This document shows positions 30,577 to 37,918 of a stretch of 64,000 nt of DNA, piece after piece. The stretch is from positions 107,316 to 171,315 of the forward strand of contig CAWHED010000006.1 of the NCBI GenBank assembly GCA_963828395.1. The letters are read 5' to 3'. Numbering within the stretch: the first letter of the stretch is position 1; each line of letters begins with the position of its first letter. The notes beneath the pieces were generated by a model. That model saw nothing but the letters and a program-made list of their open reading frames with translations, was not told the origin of the DNA and did no database searches. Made by a program: the position numbers and the translations under genes. Source of the DNA: an uncultured Bacteroidales bacterium. GTDB lineage: Bacteria > Bacteroidota > Bacteroidia > Bacteroidales > VadinHA17.

Positions 30577-31260
30577 CTAAGCGCCAAACCTGTAACCAAT
30601 CCCGGATTCTGTAATTAATAAAACCGGTTTTGAAGGATCTTCTTCAATTTTTTTCCTGATCTGAGCTATAAATACCCGAAGATACTGTGTCTGCTCAATC
30701 TGCCCAATTCCCCAGACTTCTTTAAGAATATACTGGTGAGTAAGCACTCTTCCGGAATTTTTAGCCAGCAGGGCCAGCAGGGAGAATTCAGTGGAAGTGA
30801 GTTTAATTATATCATTATTCTTAAAGGCTAAATGCTTATCAAGATCTATTGTAATATTACCAAATTCCAGGCGCGGGCCATTATCAGGTGATTTGTTTTG
30901 CCGTATTGCAGCTCTGATTCTTGCAAGTAACTCACCTGTCCGGAATGGCTTGGTCAGATAGTCATTAGCACCATTATCAAGAGCGCGGATAATATCCTCT
31001 TCAGAGTTGCGAACTGATAAAATTATTATTGATTTATCATACCATTCTCTTAGTCTCTTTAAAACATCAAATCCTTCCAGGTCCGGAAGTCCCAGATCAA
31101 GAATTATGAGCTCTGGCTGATGTTGAGAGGCGAAGATTAACCCTTCTTTGCCGGTTGCTGCCTCAGATATTTTGAAGCCATTTGCTGACAATGTAATTTC
31201 AAGAAGCCGTCGGATCTGGACTTCATCGTCAATAATCAGAATAAGTTCTCCGGTTTTCAT
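30577..31260 (-). CDS. kdpE: OmpR-family response regulator, KdpE-like
   Basis: The receiver domain has ILIIDDE, ELIILDLGLPDLEG and LSVRNSEEDIIRALDNGANDYLTKPF. A winged-helix C-terminus follows. The start is placed at ATG 31260 (MKTGE), 7 nt after the kinase stop. The longer ORF reaching 31338 would overlap the kinase. Confidence 0.7.
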   Translation of the reverse strand: MKTGELILIIDDEVQIRRLLEITLSANGFKISEAATGKEGLIFASQHQPELIILDLGLPDLEGFDVLKRLREWYDKSIIILSVRNSEEDIIRALDNGANDYLTKPFRTGELLARIRAAIRQNKSPDNGPRLEFGNITIDLDKHLAFKNNDIIKLTSTEFSLLALLAKNSGRVLTHQYILKEVWGIGQIEQTQYLRVFIAQIRKKIEEDPSKPVLLITESGIGYRFGA

Positions 31261-31267
31261 CACATGG

Positions 31268-32791
31268 TTAATTTTGTTCATTCTCACTAATTTCAGAAAT
31301 CCTGACTGGAATTTCAATCGTGATGACTGCTCCGCCATCCTCTTTGTTCGCGGCTGATACTGAGCCCCCTTGCGCCTCTACGAAACCTTTTACAATAGAT
31401 AATCCAAGGCCGGTGCCACCAGAAAAAGCGCCGTCTCCTCTGTAAAATTTATTAAAGAGCAGGCTAAGTTCCGTCGGGCTGAATCCCTTTCCCCGGTCCA
31501 TAACCCTGACTATCAGTTTGCCTGCCTTGTCATAGTTGAATGAAACGCTTATTGTGGTCCCCTCCGGAGCATACTGCGTGGCGTTTAAGACAAGATTGTG
31601 AAGTACCTGTTCCATCAGGCCAAAGTCAATATAGACCAGAGGCATGTCTTCCGGAATTTCCTGAATGAATTTATATTGACTTAATTCCTGTTTCAGGGTT
31701 ACTGATACTTTGTTAGCAAGATCATGGACGTCACACCAGTTTGGCCGCGGCGAAAGGTGCCCGGATTCAAGCCTGGACATATTAAGAAGATTCTCTATTA
31801 GCCTGTTAAGCCTGACGGAAGCCTGACTCATTTCAGAGTATAGTCTTTTTCTGGTTTGTTCGGGATATCTGTCAGAAAGCAGAGTATCTGTAGCGCCCAT
31901 TATGGCTGCAACAGGAATCCTCAGTTCATGGGAAATTGAATTGAAGAGTGTTCTGTAAAGTTTATCCGATTCAGAGAGAACATAGGCATCTTTTGCCATT
32001 GCGCTCAGGAATTCCCGCTCAACTTTACCGGCAATCAGGGCAATAAGTGTTTCCATAAACTGTTCCTCAGCAGGAGTCAAAGCTTTTGTATACCACACAC
32101 AGATCACTCCAAGGCACTTCTGGCTGCCTCTTAAAGGATAGAATGATCCGTTTGACGAAGGGAAGTCCACCATATACCTGCCGGCCTTATTTGAGCTTTT
32201 ATGCACCCATGATGCAACCTGTTTGTCTTCTTCAGTCAATTTTTGTTCTCCGTCATTTAAAGGAATTACATTTAATTCTCCGTCTGTTTCCCCGAGAAAA
32301 ACAATCCGGCTTACGTCAAAGTACTGTTTATAATATTTTTCAGCTACCAGCACAACCTCTGATAACCCGGAAGCCGTCAGCAGCTCCTTTGAAAGTTCAT
32401 AAAGTGCGAGGGTCCGTTCCTCTCTTTTTCTGGCGTTGATTTCCTGTCTCCTGATGCGGGATGTCAGAATGCCATTGAGTAGAGCAACTATAAAAAACAT
32501 CACCAGCAGAAGGGTATCTTCCGTTTCGCCTATATGCAGAGTGAATGAAGGGGGTATAAAAAAATAATCCCAGATGGCGGCACTGAGAGTTGAGGCGAGA
32601 AGTATGGGCCCTGTTCCGAAAAAGACAGCCAGAATAGAGACGATAAATAACAGGATAAAGGAAACAATGCGATAGCCTATTATATCTTTGAAAAGAAAAC
32701 AGGCTGCAGATACTGTAACCACTGTAAAGATTACAATCATATAATGAACCAAAATGGATTTTTCTTTTCTGAAAGTACCTGACCTGTTCAT
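31268..32791 (-). CDS. sensor histidine kinase resembling the C-terminal half of KdpD (membrane domain, GAF-like linker, HisKA, HATPase_c)
   Basis: 507 aa with about 4 N-terminal TM helices, the H-box FNSISHELRIPVAAI, the N-box LHNLVLNATQYAP and G-boxes DRGKGF / GGTGLGLSIV. The N-terminal KdpD/Usp sensor part is absent. Confidence 0.7.
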   Translation of the reverse strand: MNRSGTFRKEKSILVHYMIVIFTVVTVSAACFLFKDIIGYRIVSFILLFIVSILAVFFGTGPILLASTLSAAIWDYFFIPPSFTLHIGETEDTLLLVMFFIVALLNGILTSRIRRQEINARKREERTLALYELSKELLTASGLSEVVLVAEKYYKQYFDVSRIVFLGETDGELNVIPLNDGEQKLTEEDKQVASWVHKSSNKAGRYMVDFPSSNGSFYPLRGSQKCLGVICVWYTKALTPAEEQFMETLIALIAGKVEREFLSAMAKDAYVLSESDKLYRTLFNSISHELRIPVAAIMGATDTLLSDRYPEQTRKRLYSEMSQASVRLNRLIENLLNMSRLESGHLSPRPNWCDVHDLANKVSVTLKQELSQYKFIQEIPEDMPLVYIDFGLMEQVLHNLVLNATQYAPEGTTISVSFNYDKAGKLIVRVMDRGKGFSPTELSLLFNKFYRGDGAFSGGTGLGLSIVKGFVEAQGGSVSAANKEDGGAVITIEIPVRISEISENEQN

Positions 32792-32847
32792 TTTTCCAAT
32801 CTCTTTTGATATACAAAGTTAGCCCATTACTTGCTATTGTAACACAG

Positions 32848-34425
32848 TTAAATCTTTCTGTATCCGGTTCCAATTATCAGCGCACGGAACAGAGCAAAGA
32901 CCGGAATGATTTCAAGACGACCAACCCACATCTGAAATATATATGTCGCCTCTATTGCCGGGTGCATACCCGGTTCCGTAATCCCGGTCGAAAGCCCCGC
33001 CGTTGATTGAGCGGCGGTTGATTCAAAAAGTGCATCTGCAAAGGAAAAGCCATCAGGCATGAAAAAATATGTGATAAAAGTCCCGGCAAGAATAATTAGC
33101 AGGAAGAGAAATGCAAATACAGCAGCATTTGCCAGTTCGGCATTCATCTGATCCGGCAACATTTGTTTGCCATCAAACCGGATTGTTTGAATGGTATTAT
33201 GCGATATGAAGGCTTTATTCACCTGCCATCTTATACCCTTTCCTATTATAAGGGCCCGGATCATTTTAATTCCGCCAACAGTTGCACCTGATGCTCCTCC
33301 GATAAACATTCCTGCAAACACAATAAACACTATTGAAGGCGTGTCCCAAATGCTGATATTTGAAGTCTGCCAACCGGTTGTAGACATAGCGCTTACAAAC
33401 TGAAAAATACCTTCACGGACAGGATTTGGGACAATTTTAGCATAGCATAGCAACAGGGCAAGTACCACACCGCCAACAAAATATGAAATAATAAGTCCCC
33501 TTGTCTGTATATCTTTCCAGAATTCACTGAAATGCTTCAAAAAGATAACTCTGTAAAAAAAAGGCAGGGAAAATGAACCGAGAGCCATGGGTAAAATATA
33601 TAATATGTCCATCATTGGAGACTTGTATGTGGCAATACTGTCATCCAGAGTACTGAAGCCACCGGTTGACTGGCCAGCCATTGCATGGTTAATTGAATCA
33701 AAAAGATTATCAGCAAGAGGATAATCAGGGAGGATCAGTCTTGTACCAATAATCAGGTATAAGGTCGAAAATAGAGTAATAAGAAAATAGGCTTTCCAAA
33801 TTCCCCTTGTTGTCTCGATGATTTTAGGTTTTAATTTTATTCCGGTTGCTTCAGATCTGTACAAAAGAATTGAACTTCGGCCTGAGCCGGGATTGAGAAC
33901 TGCCAGGGCAAGAATGACAAACCCGGCTCCTCCAATCCACTGTGCAAAACTACGATAGAATAATACCCCTTTCCCGACTGACGGTTCATGGACTACCATT
34001 GTAAGGCCAGTAGTGGTGTATGCACTCATGCTCTCGAAGAAACAATGAAGCGGGTTCCTGAAATATGGAAGGCTTGACTGGTAAGATGCCCCTTCAGGAA
34101 CAAGTCCGTTTAATACATCGGAAGGTGTAATGCTGGCAATTACAAAAAACGGCAGGCCTCCCATAATAGTTGCGAGGAGCCATCCAAATGAGACAATAAT
34201 CAGTGCATTATTAAAAAGTGGTTCATCGGCGTTTCTGTTCAGATACCTTAATGCCTGGCCAAAAGTCATAGTAATAAAAGCTGAAAGAATGAATCCTAAC
34301 ATTGAGTACCATTCTCTGTATAAAGCGGAGACAATTCCGGGGATAATAAAAATATAACCGAGCATCCACAGCAGGTTCCCGGTCTCCTTTAAAACTATTG
34401 GATATGTTTTTCCATTGGTACTCAT
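32848..34425 (-). CDS. trkH: TrkH/KtrB family potassium transporter subunit
   Basis: 525 aa and polytopic. It shows the four repeated pore-loop signatures of this family (AYTTTGLT, GQSTGGFST, AMSTTGWQT, AAQSTAGLSTG). Confidence 0.75.
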   Translation of the reverse strand: MSTNGKTYPIVLKETGNLLWMLGYIFIIPGIVSALYREWYSMLGFILSAFITMTFGQALRYLNRNADEPLFNNALIIVSFGWLLATIMGGLPFFVIASITPSDVLNGLVPEGASYQSSLPYFRNPLHCFFESMSAYTTTGLTMVVHEPSVGKGVLFYRSFAQWIGGAGFVILALAVLNPGSGRSSILLYRSEATGIKLKPKIIETTRGIWKAYFLITLFSTLYLIIGTRLILPDYPLADNLFDSINHAMAGQSTGGFSTLDDSIATYKSPMMDILYILPMALGSFSLPFFYRVIFLKHFSEFWKDIQTRGLIISYFVGGVVLALLLCYAKIVPNPVREGIFQFVSAMSTTGWQTSNISIWDTPSIVFIVFAGMFIGGASGATVGGIKMIRALIIGKGIRWQVNKAFISHNTIQTIRFDGKQMLPDQMNAELANAAVFAFLFLLIILAGTFITYFFMPDGFSFADALFESTAAQSTAGLSTGITEPGMHPAIEATYIFQMWVGRLEIIPVFALFRALIIGTGYRKI

Positions 34426-34860
34426 TAGTAATTTCTTTTATAAGCCATCTTTAAAATCCTTTTCCAAAAACTGAGGGAAGATCATTACAGCATCCTGAAC
34501 CACACTAGAATGACATTGCGGGATGCCAGAGGGTCAGATTCCCGGACTTTTAAAATTACTCTAAATGATTAGGAAACATTTCATCAAGGTAGTTTAAAAA
34601 AAGACTGCCAACATATACAATAGCTGCCACTGAAATGAGTAAAGTAATTACAGCCAAAATAATTCTCCAGGTCATTTTCAAAGATTTTTTGACCTTTCAA
34701 AAATATACTGAAAACTATAAGGGTTTTATAAGGAATTGACTTACAGGTATAAAGAAAAAATAAATTTTCAGAACCGAAGACTACCTGAAAAAGACAGTGA
34801 TATTAACCATCTTATAACAATTCCTCTAGTCCCGGACTGTTTTTAATTGTTATAACGTGG

Positions 34861-36123
34861 TTATTTGAATATACTTATGAATAATGCAATATTCAAAAGT
34901 GTCACGATACCACCAATAGTATAGAGCAGGACTTTAGAAAGAGTTGTGTTTTTATATTTTCCCATCACTCTTTTTGAAGAAGTGAGGTAAACCTGTAAAA
35001 AAACCGTGAAGGGCAATTGAATACTCAGACACATTTGTGATATAATCAGTCCGTTAAACGGATTTGATATTAAAAATATAATGACCAACCCAATTAACAG
35101 CGATGCCGCAACGCCCAGTCGTGAATGATTGTCCTTAATATCATATGGTTCCCTGAACATACCGGAGAAAATTGATCCGGCAGCCATTCCGGATGTAATA
35201 GTTGAAGCTAAACCTGCAAATAAAAGTGCTATGGCAAAAACAATTGGTGCATGATTGCCCAGCAGGGGAGCCAGCAACTGTTCTGCCTGTTCAAGCTCTG
35301 AAACCGGTGTTCTGACCTTGAAAAAGGTTGCAGCCGCCAGAAGTATCATCGCACTGTTTATTGCCCAACCAATAATCATTGAGAATAAAGTGTCAGCAAA
35401 CTCGAACTTCAATTGCTTCTTGATTATTTTTTCGTCTTTCAAATTCCACTGACGACTTTGGATGATTTCGGAATGCAAAAAAAGATTATGAGGCATTACT
35501 ACAGCGCCTAATACACTCATAATAATAACAATGGATCCTTTGGGGAAAGATGGAACAACCCATCCGCTAATTGCGGAATTCCAGTCAATATTTACCAGCG
35601 AAAGTTCATACAGGAAAGACAGACCAATTACTGAAACAAATGCGATAATCCATTTCTCGATAATTTTATAAGAGTTAGTATAAAGCATTACCATGACAAA
35701 TATGGTAACCAGAATTGCTCCTGCTCTTACCGGTATACTAAATAACATTTTTAGTGCGATGGCGCCTCCCAGAATTTCGGCCAATGATGTTGAGATTGAT
35801 GCCAGCATTGCTGAAGAAAGCAGAAGATTTGAATATCGGGGTTTTATGTATATAGTTGCAGCCTCAGATAAGCAGAGGCCGGTAGCAATACCCAGATGTG
35901 CCACATTATGCTGCAATATAACGAGCATGATTGTAGACAGGGTTACCACCCATAAGAGTACATATCCGTAATCGGACCCTGCGGCCAGGTCCGATGCCCA
36001 ATTTCCGGGATCAATAAATCCAACGGTTACTAACAGGCCAGGACCTATAAACTTAAAAATACCCAGGCCTCCGAATCCCGGTTTATAACCTTTCTTGTCA
36101 ATATTTTGTAAAAATTTGAACAT
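34861..36123 (-). CDS. mntH: Nramp family divalent metal (Mn2+/Fe2+) transporter
   Basis: 420 aa with the signature GPGLLVTVGFIDPGNWASDLAAGSDYGY, a later MPHNLFLHS motif and about 11 TM helices. Confidence 0.9.
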   Translation of the reverse strand: MFKFLQNIDKKGYKPGFGGLGIFKFIGPGLLVTVGFIDPGNWASDLAAGSDYGYVLLWVVTLSTIMLVILQHNVAHLGIATGLCLSEAATIYIKPRYSNLLLSSAMLASISTSLAEILGGAIALKMLFSIPVRAGAILVTIFVMVMLYTNSYKIIEKWIIAFVSVIGLSFLYELSLVNIDWNSAISGWVVPSFPKGSIVIIMSVLGAVVMPHNLFLHSEIIQSRQWNLKDEKIIKKQLKFEFADTLFSMIIGWAINSAMILLAAATFFKVRTPVSELEQAEQLLAPLLGNHAPIVFAIALLFAGLASTITSGMAAGSIFSGMFREPYDIKDNHSRLGVAASLLIGLVIIFLISNPFNGLIISQMCLSIQLPFTVFLQVYLTSSKRVMGKYKNTTLSKVLLYTIGGIVTLLNIALFISIFK

Positions 36124-36473
36124 ATATTCTTTGACAAAAAGTACGGTAATATATCTGGCTTATTTATCGTTCCATATTAACCTGGCATAAAATTGGGCGT
36201 ATCCTTTCTTAGAATTCTGTACAAGCCGCATATGTGTCTACTAAAGGTAAATATAATTAATCAACTACCGGATTATCATACACTACATGAGATTTTTAAT
36301 CAAGCTATCATTGACTATTAAAACAACCCTTGAAAATCAGTCGTAGGGGCCTGCCGTTAAATATATCTTTACCTTATCTTGAAAAAAGTATTCTTGACGA
36401 ATAGCAATACTGAACCACCTCTATCAGCAAAATCCCTGATTGGATATTTCAGAATACTAATGTTTTACAGGAG

Positions 36474-36507
36474 CAAAAAAAAGAAACAGACCAAAAATCT
36501 GTTTCTT
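36474..36507 (-). terminator. intrinsic terminator downstream of tRNA-Leu
   Basis: On the minus strand, a 10-bp stem AAGAAACAGA / TCTGTTTCTT with a 7-nt loop, followed by a T run (TTTTTTT). It starts 10 nt after the tRNA 3' end. Confidence 0.75.
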
Positions 36508-36516
36508 CCGTTTCAG

Positions 36517-36600
36517 TACCCGGAGCCGGGATCGAACCGGCACAGCATCGCTGCCACTGGTGTTTGAGACCAGCGCGTCTACCAATTCCGCCATCCGGGC
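36517..36600 (-). tRNA. tRNA-Leu (anticodon CAA), class II with long variable arm
   Basis: Minus-strand sequence: GCCCGGATGGCGGAATTGGTAGACGCGCTGGTCTCAAACACCAGTGGCAGCGATGCTGTGCCGGTTCGATCCCGGCTCCGGGTA. Acceptor stem GCCCGGA/TCCGGGT, anticodon stem CTGGT/ACCAG with loop CTCAAAC, T arm GCCGG-TTCGATC-CCGGC, discriminator A. CCA is not encoded. Confidence 0.9.
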
Positions 36601-36920
36601 ATTGTCATGATTACTTATGCTTCTTTAATATACTTTGTTGCCTGTCAATACTTCGTTTACTCATCTCATCCGGATGGCGGAATTGCCTCCCCCACTTTCC
36701 GGCTCCTCGCTATCCCGACATAACATGTCGGGATTTGACGCTCGGCCCTGCCATCCGGGCATTGTCATGATTACTTATGCTTCTTTAATATACTTTGTTG
36801 CCTGTCAATACTTCGTTTACTCATCTCATCCGGATGGCGGAATTGCCTCCCCCACTTTCCGGCTCCTCGCTATCCCGACATAACATGTCGGGATTTGACG
36901 CTCGGCCCTGCCATCCGGGC
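36601..36920 (-). repeat. perfect tandem duplication, 2 x 160 bp, directly upstream (5') of tRNA-Leu
   Basis: 36601-36760 is identical base for base to 36761-36920. On the minus strand each unit starts with GCCCGGATGGC (equal to tRNA nt 1-11). Each unit also contains CAATTCCGCCATCCGG, the reverse complement of tRNA nt 3-18, at plus-strand 36670-36685 and 36830-36845. Confidence 0.95.
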
Positions 36921-37044
36921 ATACTCATTGTCTTAAAGTCTGAAAGTCGAAAGTCTAAAATCTTGTACTTCACACCTCAAACCCACAGTCTGCGAAAATA
37001 GGGAATTTTCCCTCTCTTTTATCTTTTCCCTTTTGTCTTTTGTC

Positions 37045-37818
37045 TTATTTTACAAGATTAAGCAGCTCCACCTTCCTGAATTCAACAGGATGAGACTCTG
37101 CCTGCAGTGCAATATAACCTTCCTTCAAGAGGGTACCGTCTGCGAGAGGAAATCCTTCAGGTAAGTCACCGCCGCCGATCTGCGGCTTTGAATATGTCAG
37201 AACTGTGTCACCATTCACAATATGATGAATGATACTGTCTCCGTAAACAACAAGCTCTGCATTGACCCAGACATCATCATAAAAGTATTTTGATGTCGAA
37301 GATGTACAGTGTTCGGTAATCAGGGTAGTGTCAATCATTATATGAGTATGTGGAGTACAAACATTCATTGTCGTCCTTTCCTGATCAGCTGTGCTTCCCA
37401 GCAGCTGAACCTCAACACAGACAGGCCAGTCCTGGTCAAGAAGTATTGTCGCCGGATCCTGGCAATGAAACATGATGCCACTATTGCGGAAACCCCAGGA
37501 AGGGCCGCCCTGGAGCTGATCGCCGGTGAACCTGTATTCCAGTCTTAGTTTATATGAAGAGTATGGTGTTTTATAATAAATATGGCCGAATTCATTATCG
37601 AAGGTATCATATTCAGAATAAGAGACTTTCATTATCCCATCCTCAACTCTGAATGTGTTCTTATAGTTCTCACCGAGAGGTGACCCTTTAATCTTAATGC
37701 TCCAACCTTCAAGATTTTCTCCGTTGAAGAGAGGGATCCAGTTTTCTTTACCAGCCGGCGGATTCCCACAGGATGTAAGCAGGACAGCGATGGTAAGCAG
37801 CAAAAGTAGTTTTTTCAT
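37045..37818 (-). CDS. DUF1080 family (3-keto-disaccharide hydrolase-like) lipoprotein
   Basis: Lipoprotein signal LLTSCG. NWIPLFNGENLEGWSIK at the N-terminus and GYIALQAESHPVEFRKVELLNL at the C-terminus are typical of DUF1080 jelly-roll proteins. Confidence 0.75.
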   Translation of the reverse strand: MKKLLLLLTIAVLLTSCGNPPAGKENWIPLFNGENLEGWSIKIKGSPLGENYKNTFRVEDGIMKVSYSEYDTFDNEFGHIYYKTPYSSYKLRLEYRFTGDQLQGGPSWGFRNSGIMFHCQDPATILLDQDWPVCVEVQLLGSTADQERTTMNVCTPHTHIMIDTTLITEHCTSSTSKYFYDDVWVNAELVVYGDSIIHHIVNGDTVLTYSKPQIGGGDLPEGFPLADGTLLKEGYIALQAESHPVEFRKVELLNLVK

Positions 37819-37918
37819 AGCGTTGGTTTTTAATTATAATTTAAAAGATCGTCTTCCAGTCGCCATAACTTTAGCGAAGGAGGGTCCACCGCAGGAACGA
37901 CGCACATATTGCGCGTTG

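Noticed and set aside
30577-32791. A kdp (K+-ATPase) operon
   Set aside because: Only the regulator pair is present. No kdpF/A/B/C-like ORF exists in the window, and the kinase lacks the N-terminal KdpD sensor region.
32397-32873. 158-aa ORF overlapping the histidine kinase start and trkH end
   Set aside because: It overlaps the kinase gene in a different frame on the same strand and runs into the trkH 3' end. Its composition is Cys/Arg/Tyr-rich and non-protein-like.
34426-34555. c-di-AMP (ydaO-type) riboswitch upstream of trkH
   Set aside because: The nested hairpin is short. It lacks the pseudo-symmetric ACGGGGA/CCCGAA-type conserved cores that I recall for that class.
36124-36473. Mn2+ (yybP-ykoY) riboswitch in the long mntH upstream region
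   Set aside because: I read the minus strand of this 350-nt region and found none of the conserved yybP-ykoY core elements that I remember and no convincing four-way structure. A covariance-model scan would settle it.
36601-36920. Possible CRISPR array or minisatellite at the tandem repeat
   Set aside because: There are only two copies, directly abutting with no spacers. The 160-bp unit is far longer than a CRISPR repeat, and no cas genes are in the window.
36564-37001. Three ORFs of 68-82 aa, two sharing MLPVNTSFTHLIRMAELPPPLSGSSLSRHNMSGFDARPCHPGI
   Set aside because: They are by-products of the 160-bp duplication and overlap the tRNA 5' end. They have no start-site context and a Pro/Ser/Leu-rich non-coding-like composition.
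36124-37044. Integrated mobile element using tRNA-Leu as an attachment site
   Set aside because: No integrase, excisionase, transposase or phage gene lies on either side (mntH on one side, a DUF1080 lipoprotein and dxs on the other). The duplicated tRNA segment is the 5' end rather than the 3' end typically duplicated by tRNA-targeting integrases. A past rearrangement cannot be excluded.
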